DNA from: an uncultured Candidatus Saccharibacteria bacterium
Lineage (GTDB): Bacteria > Patescibacteriota > UBA1384 > DTJR01
Direction of reading: 5' to 3'
DNA length: 51,304 nt
Assembly (NCBI GenBank): GCA_964487045.1
Contig: CAZAOT010000002.1
Location: 1 to 51,304, forward strand
Shown here: in pieces, positions 18,167 to 26,860 of the stretch
Position numbering within the stretch: the stretch's first letter is position 1
How the letters are laid out: every line of letters begins with the position of its first letter
Made by a program: the position numbers and the translations under genes
The notes under the pieces: generated by a model
The model's database searches: none
Told to the model about the DNA's origin: nothing
What the model saw: the letters and a program-made list of their open reading frames with translations, nothing else

Positions 18167-18290
18167 ATTTCGCTCCGTGTCCAGCTCGTTACGAAGGGCT
18201 GGACCGGAAGTCCCTCACTTTGAAAACCTATTCGTAAATTTCTCAAATTGAGAATATTGCGAGAGGTTGAAAAGTGACGGGATCAACCCT
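18167..18290 (-). repeat. Structured intergenic repeat, copy B (5' of pgi)
   Basis: Same block order as copy A; the hairpin adjacent to the SD has a different sequence but the same position and length. Confidence 0.6.
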
Positions 18291-18567
18291 TAGTTTTTAC
18301 TCTTATATCTTATCGAAAAGACATCTTTTTGCAAATAAAAAAACACCCTTCGGTGAATTGTCTAATCTGGTGGGCGCGCTTTTGGAGTGGAGCCAAAAGC
18401 TATTCCTATTGGGAATCGGTCACAAGTCGGTGCAATATTTTTTACATATGAGCGCACCGCTCGCGACCCCGCCTCCTTCATTCGCAAGCTCATTCAGTCC
18501 GGCCTTCGATTCAACATGCAACCAAATATTTTTCCCACTTGGGCTTTCGCCCAAATCGGGAAAAATC

Positions 18568-18585
18568 TGGTGGGCGAGGTGGGAA
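18568..18585 (-). repeat. Exact 18-nt copy of the tRNA-Leu(CAA) 3' end (candidate distal att site)
   Basis: tggtgggcgaggtgggaa is identical to 36185-36202 in the same orientation. On the minus strand it is followed by a strong GAAA-tetraloop hairpin (18538-18566) that looks like a native tRNA terminator. Confidence 0.6.
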
Positions 18586-18813
18586 CCTCGACGACAATTG
18601 ATATTTTGAAGGAACGTCGTCTTGCGAACCCGGGTTCGATTCATCATTTCGTCAATCAAAATATCGCCCTCACGGACGATCTTTCGATTGGTGGAGCAGT
18701 CCGGTCTGGACCTTTTGGGGGCTTTTTGAGCTGAAAATGTTACACAATGTTACAGTATAAAAAAGGAACTAAATAAGCTTGGCTAACCTGTTGTTTTATG
18801 ATAAATTGTTCTT

Positions 18814-19521
18814 ATGGCTGAAAAACCAGAATCACTTGAAGGTAGATGGGATATTTTATATAAGGATTATCCTGAAGTTTATGATGAATTTGCTCAAGTT
18901 CAGAAGACTCCACCGTTAAATCTTGCTAAAAAATATAACCTAGCAGGAAAAACAATCGCAGATATTGGATCTGGAACGGGCGACTCTTCGTTTGTTTATT
19001 CTAGAGTTGCTAAAGAAGTAATAGGTGTTGAGATTGAACCCGCTATGATTGAGGTCGCCGAAAAAAGAGCCAAGGACGAAAATATTAAAAATGTCCGATT
19101 TATTCAGGGTGAAATGGAACAAATTCCGCTAGAGGGTAATTCGGTTGATGCAGTGATTGGTGCTACTCTTGCACCTCAACACCCGGAACAATTTGAGGGT
19201 TTTTCTAAAGAAGCTGAACGGATAACAAAATCCGGCGGTGTCATTATTTTATTAAACATTGCGCCTGGCTGGACAGGCGGTGAATTACACGACGTCATTG
19301 AAGATTATGATGGTTGGGGCGAAAGAACTGATAAGGTGTTGGCTGATTGCGGATTTGAATATGAAGATTTGTATCAAGATCAAGAATATGGATCAATTGA
19401 TAAAATCGTAAGAACTTATGGCTTTATATTTGGTAAAAAAGTCATTGAGTATCTAAAAAAGCACAACAAAACAAATGTTCGGTGGAAGTTGAGAATTAGG
19501 TATAAAGTTGTTCAAAAATGA
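18814..19521 (+). CDS. Class I SAM-dependent methyltransferase
   Basis: Motif I IADIGSGTGDS and motif II-like region; no SD, with TATGAT about 12 nt upstream of the ATG (possibly leaderless). Confidence 0.75.
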   Translation: MAEKPESLEGRWDILYKDYPEVYDEFAQVQKTPPLNLAKKYNLAGKTIADIGSGTGDSSFVYSRVAKEVIGVEIEPAMIEVAEKRAKDENIKNVRFIQGEMEQIPLEGNSVDAVIGATLAPQHPEQFEGFSKEAERITKSGGVIILLNIAPGWTGGELHDVIEDYDGWGERTDKVLADCGFEYEDLYQDQEYGSIDKIVRTYGFIFGKKVIEYLKKHNKTNVRWKLRIRYKVVQK

Positions 19522-20396
19522 ATAAAGCAACTAAAACAATTCTGTTGCTCGTGCTTGCCGCAATTCTTGGCGGTGGCGTAGGAACTCTCGCAAAAATAGG
19601 CCTTAGGGAATTTCCGCCAATTCCTTTTACTTTCTTGAGATTTTTGATGACATTAATTGTTCTGCTACCGATCTTTCTGTATCAGCGAAATAAATTTAAG
19701 TTTCAGAGCTTCAAAAAATTATTTTGGATTCTGCTGTTTGGGGCGGGCAATATTTTTATGTTTATCTATGGCGTTCGCTTAACAACAGCTTCGTCATCGC
19801 AAGTTGTTTATGCTTTCTCTCCACTGATTGCAGGAATACTTTCTTATATTCTATTTAAAGAAAAATTGGGACCAAAGCGATTCTGGGGAATTATTGTCGG
19901 ATTTGTTGGAACATTGGTTGTGGTATTGTACCCCGTGGTATTCGGCAATTCAGTAATTAATGGGTCGATAGCAGGAAATTTATTAGTTCTCATTGCGGTC
20001 ACTTCTCATTCAGCCTACTCGGTTCTGTCAAAAGAAAAATTAAAAGAATTCTCTCCTCTTTATTTAACGACTTACTCAGCATTATTTACATTTATCCTCA
20101 GTCTAATACTTTTGCCATTTAACTTGACAGGGATATCTTGGACCATTCCGTCGACTGGGGCAATTTTATCTGTAGTATATGCAGGAGCACTCGGAACTGC
20201 CGCCTATTTCTTCATTTATCAGTATGCAATAAAGCAATCCTCGGGTGTAACCGCAACAATGGTTTTATATCTACAGCCGATCTTCGGTTTCTTTTGGGCT
20301 GCAACACTATTAGGAGAGCGACTGACAGCAGGACTGATAATAGGAACGATTTTAGCTTTTACGGGAGTATTCCTGGCAGTTGGACAGAAAAATTGA
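19518..20396 (+). CDS. EamA/DMT-family transporter
   Basis: 10 TM helices in two EamA-like halves; ATGA overlap with the preceding gene. Confidence 0.75.
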   Translation: MNKATKTILLLVLAAILGGGVGTLAKIGLREFPPIPFTFLRFLMTLIVLLPIFLYQRNKFKFQSFKKLFWILLFGAGNIFMFIYGVRLTTASSSQVVYAFSPLIAGILSYILFKEKLGPKRFWGIIVGFVGTLVVVLYPVVFGNSVINGSIAGNLLVLIAVTSHSAYSVLSKEKLKEFSPLYLTTYSALFTFILSLILLPFNLTGISWTIPSTGAILSVVYAGALGTAAYFFIYQYAIKQSSGVTATMVLYLQPIFGFFWAATLLGERLTAGLIIGTILAFTGVFLAVGQKN

Positions 20397-20449
20397 CTGT
20401 ATTTCGCAACTAACAACAAAATTATGGAAAGATTATAAACCGGAGTCAC

Positions 20450-21271
20450 ATGAGTAAAGTTAAAATCGCAGTTGCACAATTTGAGATAGCTCAATATAAG
20501 CCGATGGAGAATCTGCTGAAAGCCGAGCAGATGATAAAAAATGCATCAGGCAAAGCTGATCTAATTGTGTTCCCGGAAGATTTTGTAACGGGACCAATCG
20601 AAGCCAAACACGCTCTAGCATCAAAGGATGAAAAATACTTAAGATATTTTCAAAATTTAGCCGACAAATTCAAGATAGATATTGTTCCCGGCTCAATGAT
20701 TGTTGAAAAAGAGGGTAAGCTTTATAACACAAGCTACTACATTGATAATACTGGCAAAGTGTTAGGCGAATACCAAAAAATAAATTTATGGCATCCCGAG
20801 CGATCGCATTTTGAGCCAGGAAATAAAGTGCGAGTGTTTGACACCAGATTCGGCAAAGTTGGACTCGCCGTCTGTTGGGATTTGATTTTTCCCGAGCCGT
20901 TTAGAGGAATGGCCAAACTTGGTGCCGAAATTATTATTTGTCCAAGCTATTGGTGTTATGGCGACTCTGCTCCGGTAAATACAGTAAATCCCAATGCAGA
21001 AATTGACGGAGTTGATGCTCTTTGTGTTGCTAGAGCATATGAGGACAATGTGATTATGGTTTATTGTAATGCTGCTGGAAATATACAGATAGGAACTTAT
21101 AAAGATCGGCTAATTGGCCATTCACAAATTACTGCTCCAATTCTAGGAGTGATAAAAAAGTTAGATCATAATAACGAAGAACTATTCATTTCTGAAGTCG
21201 ATCTGAATATTCTAAAAGATTCCGAGTCGGTTTATAAAATCCGAGAAGATTTGAGAAAGAAAAATGATTAA
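20450..21271 (+). CDS. Carbon-nitrogen hydrolase (nitrilase superfamily)
   Basis: Catalytic E-K-C context: VFPED, YQKINLW, LAVCWDLIFPE. Confidence 0.8.
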   Translation: MSKVKIAVAQFEIAQYKPMENLLKAEQMIKNASGKADLIVFPEDFVTGPIEAKHALASKDEKYLRYFQNLADKFKIDIVPGSMIVEKEGKLYNTSYYIDNTGKVLGEYQKINLWHPERSHFEPGNKVRVFDTRFGKVGLAVCWDLIFPEPFRGMAKLGAEIIICPSYWCYGDSAPVNTVNPNAEIDGVDALCVARAYEDNVIMVYCNAAGNIQIGTYKDRLIGHSQITAPILGVIKKLDHNNEELFISEVDLNILKDSESVYKIREDLRKKND

Positions 21272-21890
21272 AGCAGTTATTTTCGATGTTGATGGTGTTT
21301 TGCTTGACTCGTTCGATGCTAATCTGAAGTTCTTTCAGGACTTAATGCTAAAAACAGGATATCCATCCCCGACACGCGAAGAATTTCCACCAATCTTTCA
21401 TCTAAATATGAAAGATGCAATCAGGAAGCTGACTAAATCTGAATCAGAAGAAGAAATACAAAGGATCTGGGAGATTGGTAAAAGCAGAGAAGTTCCGTAT
21501 GATATCAAATTATTGAAACATCCAAACAGCCTCGAAATTGTGATAAATAAATTACACGATAATTATAAATTAGGCATTGTAACGAGCAGAGTCAGAGAAA
21601 GTGTTTGGGAAGCTCCTGGCCTGAAAAAGTTGAAGAATTATTTTAAAATCGCAGTTGGCTACCAAGATACTGAGAAGCATAAACCCGAGCCAGAACCATT
21701 ACTTCTTGCCAGCGAAAGAATCGGAGTTCAGCCAGAGGATTGCGTTTATATCGGTGATGTGATAAATGATGTCACCGCAGCTCGTGCGGCAGGGATGAAT
21801 GTTATTATTTATTCAAAAAATGTTATCGATTCGGCTGACCGTCATACTACAGATTTTAAAGAGTTACCCAGATTAATTTCAGAGCTTTAG
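21264..21890 (+). CDS. HAD-superfamily hydrolase (phosphatase type)
   Basis: Motif I FDVDGVLLDS, motif III K (EKHKPEPEP), motif IV GDVINDV. Confidence 0.8.
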   Translation: MIKAVIFDVDGVLLDSFDANLKFFQDLMLKTGYPSPTREEFPPIFHLNMKDAIRKLTKSESEEEIQRIWEIGKSREVPYDIKLLKHPNSLEIVINKLHDNYKLGIVTSRVRESVWEAPGLKKLKNYFKIAVGYQDTEKHKPEPEPLLLASERIGVQPEDCVYIGDVINDVTAARAAGMNVIIYSKNVIDSADRHTTDFKELPRLISEL

Positions 21891-21894
21891 ACTA

Positions 21895-22080
21895 ATGGCA
21901 AAATCAAGCAAAAAGTTCAAAGTCGAATATGAGTGTATCTATGACTCGCTAAGTCCGGAAGAGAAAGCAAGGGCTGACTGGAACATCGAGCAAGCGTTCG
22001 ATATGATATTCGACAAGGCTTTTGATGAATTACTCCAGAAAAAATCATTTCCAGAGTTTCCGATAGTTGACAAAAAATAG
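21895..22080 (+). CDS. Hypothetical small acidic protein
   Basis: ORF only; no recognisable motif. Confidence 0.3.
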   Translation: MAKSSKKFKVEYECIYDSLSPEEKARADWNIEQAFDMIFDKAFDELLQKKSFPEFPIVDKK

Positions 22081-22265
22081 TTAATCGTATTAAAATATAA
22101 CCTAGCACGTTAAAAGAAAGTTGAACTTATCACAAGGCAATGATGTAAGCGATAGCTTATAGAGGTTGCTTTGCATCATAGCGAATTCGCTAGATAGCAA
22201 TTAAATTGGTCTTTAAGCGGGACCAGTACCTGAAGGGTACATATTAATTGCATCTAGCAAGATGA

Positions 22266-22288
22266 CCCTTCAGACGAAGGGCTTTTTT
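22266..22288 (+). terminator. Intrinsic terminator in the 22.08-22.32 kb intergenic region
   Basis: cccttc-agac-gaaggg stem followed by c-tttttt. Confidence 0.6.
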
Positions 22289-22316
22289 AGTTAACTAATG
22301 CCTAAAAGGAGGCAAA

Positions 22317-23645
22317 ATGAAAAACACACACAAAATAGAATATGTGCCAACTAAGGATTTGATCGCTAGCGATTACAATCCGCGCAAGTGGAACGATAAA
22401 CAACTTTCCGATCTTAAGGAGAGTATCAAAAAATTTGGATTTGTTGACCCAGCAATTATCAACTCGAATCCGAATCGCAAAAATATAATAATTGGCGCAC
22501 ATATGAGAATTATCGCGGCCAAAGAAATTGGAATTGAAAAAGTTCCTGTTGTCTATGTCGATATCGCAGACATCGAAAAAGAAAAAGAGCTCAACTTACG
22601 ATTAAATCGCAACACGGGAGAATTTGATTTTAAGCTTCTAGCAGAGTTTGACGAAAAATTCTTAGCCGATGTTGGATTTGATTCGGAAGAACTGGACGAT
22701 ATCTTTGATATCGAAACAGAGCCAGAACAATTCGATGTAAACCGTGAACTTGAAAAGCTCAAGATTTCAAAGATAGAAATCGAACCGGGAGATACTTACA
22801 TTCTAGGCAAAAACAGGTTGATGTGCGGAAACAGCATGGTAGAAGATGACATTATCAAGCTAATGAATGGCGAGAAAGCCGACATGTGTTTCACTGATGA
22901 GCCATATGTCCTCAATTACCTCCAGGGAAAGCGGCACGGTAAGCCGACAGACGGATTCGGAGCCAAGAAAAACAGGAAATATATCGGAACTGATGAATTG
23001 CCGCCTGATTTCATTGAGCTCTGGACAGCCAACGTCGCCAAGATCCAAAATGAAAACTTCAATATTATTGCCTTCGAGAACTGGAAAAATGTCCGCGAAC
23101 TATGGGGAGCAATGGAAAAATTCTGGACTATCCGCAATATGATAATTTGGAAAATTCCAAATAGAAATCAAGGATATTCCGCCAAGCACAAATTCTTCTC
23201 TAAATATGACATTGCTGTGGTTGGAACAACGCCCGGCAAACAGTTAAATCTTGAGCCCGAAGAAGAGCTACTGCAAAATGAGTATCAGACGGCACTGTTT
23301 GCCACATCGGGCGATGCTCAGTGGGAAGGATATGAAAAAGGCAAGAAGTATTGTCCTACCGATATGATTGAATCGAAAGCTGGCGATGAGAAAAGTACGG
23401 GGCAGGCAATTATTTTTGGGACAAAACCTGTTGAAATCCTCATTCCATACATCAAGGTTCTTACTAAAAGAGATGACCTTATTATCGAACCATTCGGCGG
23501 ATCTGGTAGTACCTTGATTGCTGCCGAGACATTAAAACGCCGATGTTATGTAATGGAAAAATGTCCGATCTATGCCGAGGTGATTAGAAACCGTTGGGAA
23601 AAATTCACCGGAGAAAAAGCAGAGTTGATCAAGAAGGCAAAATGA
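22317..23645 (+). CDS. ParB-like nuclease domain fused to an N4/N6 DNA methyltransferase (phage-type)
   Basis: N-terminal ParB/Srx-like block (DYNPRKW...GAHMRIIAAKEIG), DPPY-like TDEPY motif IV, then FGGSGST motif I (beta-class order). Confidence 0.8.
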   Translation: MKNTHKIEYVPTKDLIASDYNPRKWNDKQLSDLKESIKKFGFVDPAIINSNPNRKNIIIGAHMRIIAAKEIGIEKVPVVYVDIADIEKEKELNLRLNRNTGEFDFKLLAEFDEKFLADVGFDSEELDDIFDIETEPEQFDVNRELEKLKISKIEIEPGDTYILGKNRLMCGNSMVEDDIIKLMNGEKADMCFTDEPYVLNYLQGKRHGKPTDGFGAKKNRKYIGTDELPPDFIELWTANVAKIQNENFNIIAFENWKNVRELWGAMEKFWTIRNMIIWKIPNRNQGYSAKHKFFSKYDIAVVGTTPGKQLNLEPEEELLQNEYQTALFATSGDAQWEGYEKGKKYCPTDMIESKAGDEKSTGQAIIFGTKPVEILIPYIKVLTKRDDLIIEPFGGSGSTLIAAETLKRRCYVMEKCPIYAEVIRNRWEKFTGEKAELIKKAK

Positions 23646-24094
23646 GTGATGTAGATTCGAAGGTTCAGATCAGAACTGCGCAAAATCAAAAAATCCTAAT
23701 TGAGCAATTCATTAAAACGCCAATCATCGAAGTCGCTTGCCAAAAGGTTGGTATCAGTCGAAACACATATTACCGCTGGCGAAGAGCAAGCAAGAAATTT
23801 GCTGCTTCAAGCGACAAGGCTATCGAAGAGGGCTGCCAATTCATAAATGATTTGGCAGAAAGCAAGCTCATTACAGCGATGAAAGATAATAATCTGACCG
23901 CTGTGATGTATTGGCTTAATCACCGCCACAACGCCTACAAGAATAAGCTTGAGGTTTCCGGTGGTCTAGAAATCAAAAAAGATGAATTAACTAAGGAGCA
24001 GGAAGAGAGCATTATGAAGGCATTAGAACTGGCCTCGCTCATAACTTCCAAAGGAGGGAAGAATGAAAAGGAAAAAGAAAAACCAAATAAGTAA
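23642..24094 (+). CDS. Terminase small-subunit-like HTH protein
   Basis: HTH VACQKVGISRNTYYRWRR. Start chosen at the ATGA overlap with the methylase stop. Lies directly upstream of, and overlapping, TerL. Confidence 0.45.
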   Translation: MSDVDSKVQIRTAQNQKILIEQFIKTPIIEVACQKVGISRNTYYRWRRASKKFAASSDKAIEEGCQFINDLAESKLITAMKDNNLTAVMYWLNHRHNAYKNKLEVSGGLEIKKDELTKEQEESIMKALELASLITSKGGKNEKEKEKPNK

Positions 24095-25661
24095 AATCAT
24101 CAAAAACCAAGCAACAAGGGCAGATCTAACCAAAAAAAGCCATTTATGGTTCTTTCACACCTACTTAAGTTCATTCGTGCAGTACAAAATTGCAGAATTT
24201 CACAAAGAAATGTTTGCGATTACTGAGCGAGATGATATCAGTCTCGCAGCGATATGTAGTTTTCGCGGATCAGCCAAATCAACGCTGATGACTCTAAGCT
24301 ATCCAATCTGGGCCGTTGTTGGACGCCCACAAAAGAAGTTTGTGGTATTAATCTCACAAACTGCCGAACAAGCCAAACTTCACTTCAAGAACTTAAAACG
24401 CGAGCTTGAAACAAACGACCTGTTAAAGCGCGATCTCGGTCCGTTTCAAGAAACCGACGAGTGGAACAACTGCAGTTTAGTTATTCCCCGGTACAACGCC
24501 AAAATCATTGCCGTATCCAAGGATCAAAGCTTTCGCGGCATCAGACACGGTCGATATCGCCCGGACTTGATTGTAGCTGACGATGTTGAGAACACAGATT
24601 CGGTAAAAACGCAGGAAGCAAGAGAAAGTACCTTCAACTGGTTAACGAGCGAAGTGTTTCCTCTCGGTGATAAGGGAACCAAGATCATAATAGTCGGTAA
24701 CCTGCTTCACGAAGACAGCTTGTTAAAGCGTCTTGAAAATCTTATTGTTCACGAGAAGCTCTCGGGGATATTCAGAAAATATCCGCTACTTGATGAGTAT
24801 GACAATATTACCTGGCCTGGAAAGTATGAGGATTTGAAGGCAGTCGAAGATGAACGGCTCCGAGTTGGAGACGAAAAAACATGGAATAAAGAATATCTGC
24901 TTCACATTATTGATGACAGGGAGCGCGTCATTACCGAAGATAAGATTCAGTACTACGATAAACTGCCGGAAGACTTGCGGAATCAATCCTATAGTTTCGC
25001 CACCGGAATCGATTTGGCAATTAGTGAAAAAGCGACAGCTGATTTTACCTCGTTGGTTTCAGCAAAGGTTATTGGATCGGGAGATAACTTTGAAGTGTAT
25101 ATCTTGCCAAACCCTGTCAATGCACGCCTGAAATTTACAGAAATTCTAGAGCGTGCCGAGGATATCTGCAAAGTACACGATGGCAGATTCAGCAATAAGT
25201 TTTATGTCGAAGACACGATGCTTCAGGGCTATGTGACTCAACAGTTAAGGGAGCGCAACATCGATGCCGTTGGAGTTAAAATAAGGGGCAAGGATAAACG
25301 AGAACGGCTCGAGCTTGCTGCCAATAAGGTCTACCAGAGCAAGGTGTATTTTCCGCGAAATGGTTGCGAAGAACTAATCAAGCAACTCGTGGATTTTGGA
25401 AGAACAAGACATGACGACATGGCAGATGCATTTAGCATCTTAATTCTTGGGCTAATTGAGAAATTGCCAAGCAATTGTGGCGTGCTGTTTGTTGAGACCA
25501 ATGGTCTAATTAGTGGAACCTTAGGCAATAGACGAGGCGAAGACTGGGGAGATAAAGACGATCGAGAGATGCTCGGCAAGCTAAGACGCCATCCCTGGGG
25601 ACCGGGCAAAAGCTCCTCAATTGAATTCGGAGCAGATGGGCTGATACACAGGAAATATTAG
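24063..25661 (+). CDS. Phage terminase large subunit
   Basis: Walker A-like FRGSAKST, Walker B LIVADDVEN, C-terminal RNaseH-like acidic residues (TGIDLA, HDDMADA). Confidence 0.7.
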   Translation: MKRKKKNQISKIIKNQATRADLTKKSHLWFFHTYLSSFVQYKIAEFHKEMFAITERDDISLAAICSFRGSAKSTLMTLSYPIWAVVGRPQKKFVVLISQTAEQAKLHFKNLKRELETNDLLKRDLGPFQETDEWNNCSLVIPRYNAKIIAVSKDQSFRGIRHGRYRPDLIVADDVENTDSVKTQEARESTFNWLTSEVFPLGDKGTKIIIVGNLLHEDSLLKRLENLIVHEKLSGIFRKYPLLDEYDNITWPGKYEDLKAVEDERLRVGDEKTWNKEYLLHIIDDRERVITEDKIQYYDKLPEDLRNQSYSFATGIDLAISEKATADFTSLVSAKVIGSGDNFEVYILPNPVNARLKFTEILERAEDICKVHDGRFSNKFYVEDTMLQGYVTQQLRERNIDAVGVKIRGKDKRERLELAANKVYQSKVYFPRNGCEELIKQLVDFGRTRHDDMADAFSILILGLIEKLPSNCGVLFVETNGLISGTLGNRRGEDWGDKDDREMLGKLRRHPWGPGKSSSIEFGADGLIHRKY

Positions 25662-25806
25662 GATTGACAAAATGTAAAGTCTACATTACATTATTATCTG
25701 GGCAATCACCAAATCTGTTTGCAGGTGCGACTTCTAGGGCTTGGTCGCGAAAGCGACACGAAGAAGGTGGTTGAATCTTCGTAAATCGAAGATTGAAGGA
25801 GTCAAA

Positions 25807-26061
25807 ATGGCTTTTAGTCAAGAAACTCTCAATCAAGCATGGCGAAGAGCTGGCGGTACGTGCGAATGCACTCGTCAGTGCCCGACTCATTCAGGATATC
25901 GATGCTCCAAGGTCCTAGACCCGAGTAATAAGGTACCTGAGATGAAATGGCACGCGCACCATATAGTATCGCAAGATGCTGGTGGTCCAGATACCCTGGA
26001 TAACTGCGAAATCCTCTGTATCGCGTGTCACAAAAACACCGAAAGTTTTGGCGGCAGATAA
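25807..26061 (+). CDS. HNH endonuclease
   Basis: HAHHIV...DTLDNCEILCIACHKNT; start at ATG 25807 with SD GAAGGAG. Confidence 0.75.
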   Translation: MAFSQETLNQAWRRAGGTCECTRQCPTHSGYRCSKVLDPSNKVPEMKWHAHHIVSQDAGGPDTLDNCEILCIACHKNTESFGGR

Positions 26062-26092
26062 GTCACCTTTACTTTCGGTCTCGTAGGCGATT

Positions 26093-26118
26093 AGGGATCT
26101 TCGGATCCCTTTTCGTTT
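26093..26118 (+). terminator. Intrinsic terminator after the HNH gene
   Basis: agggatc-ttcg-gatccct followed by tttcgttt. Confidence 0.65.
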
Positions 26119-26138
26119 GATGTTATTATAATATCACA

Positions 26139-26804
26139 ATGAAAAATATTAAAGAAATCGATACTAGCGAAACAACCGAAGAACAAATACTGCAAACAAG
26201 GGAGCTTTTGAAAAGCAAATATAACCTCCGAATACCTAAACCCGACTTACTTAAACTAATTAAGCTGATGAAGGAGTTAAGTTGGTGGCTGGAGCGGGCA
26301 TCTAGTGATTCGCCCACTCATGTATCTGAAGAAAGAGCATTTGAGATCCAGAAGATGATCAAGAAGGAATATGGTAAGGATATAACACTAGCTGAGTCCT
26401 TCGATGCGGTACGGGGTTTGATGGTATTAGTTCCTTTCAAAGAAAAGCAAAGATTAGCCGATGAGATGAGAGCGATTATGGTTAAATATCAAAAAGTAAA
26501 ATATGATAAATCACTTTCGGAGAAAACGGCAAAGTTATTTCAGCTTCATTATGAAATAGAGCTTGCTGACAAGGAGTTAAAGGACTTAGTTTATTTTATA
26601 AGTAAAACGGTTTGGTACGAAGAGGGTCTCGACGAATCACCTGAACAATGTGTCGATGATCTTTTGGTTTATATAGATAAGCGCAAGCGCGGAAAACGAA
26701 CAAATTATCTCAAACTTCATGATAAAGTCCGCCAGAGTCTTGATTGGGCGGTGAAAGAAAAATTAAAAATGAAAAAATTTAAACCCCTTTACCAAAAACA
26801 GTAA
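26139..26804 (+). CDS. Hypothetical 221-aa helical protein
   Basis: ORF with coding-like composition; no motif recognised. Confidence 0.4.
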   Translation: MKNIKEIDTSETTEEQILQTRELLKSKYNLRIPKPDLLKLIKLMKELSWWLERASSDSPTHVSEERAFEIQKMIKKEYGKDITLAESFDAVRGLMVLVPFKEKQRLADEMRAIMVKYQKVKYDKSLSEKTAKLFQLHYEIELADKELKDLVYFISKTVWYEEGLDESPEQCVDDLLVYIDKRKRGKRTNYLKLHDKVRQSLDWAVKEKLKMKKFKPLYQKQ

Positions 26805-26821
26805 CCCGTTTCAGTTAGGAC

Positions 26822-26851
26822 TTGACAGCCGTACGCATCAGGACGTATGAT
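26822..26851 (+). promoter_or_regulatory. Near-consensus promoter directly in front of the STAND gene (near-leaderless)
   Basis: TTGACA (26822-26827), 18 nt, TATGAT (26846-26851), with ATG only 9 nt downstream (26861). Confidence 0.55.
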
Positions 26852-26860
26852 AATTTCATT

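Noticed and set aside
18335-18705. tmRNA or RNase P RNA hypothesis for the non-coding region
   Set aside because: The 5' GGGCGAUAUUUUGAUUGACG resembles a tmRNA start, and gagcgcaccgc and gaacccggg resemble RNase P motifs. However, I found no G3:U70 acceptor pairing, no canonical T-loop and no tag ORF ending in hydrophobic residues. The P4 strands do not pair, and the motif order and spacing are wrong. A covariance-model search is still worth running.
18274-18734. Three mutually overlapping ORFs (111, 115 and 79 aa) in the 18.3-18.8 kb region
   Set aside because: They overlap on both strands, have low-complexity odd composition, and coincide with hairpins and tRNA-like fragments. I treated the region as non-coding.
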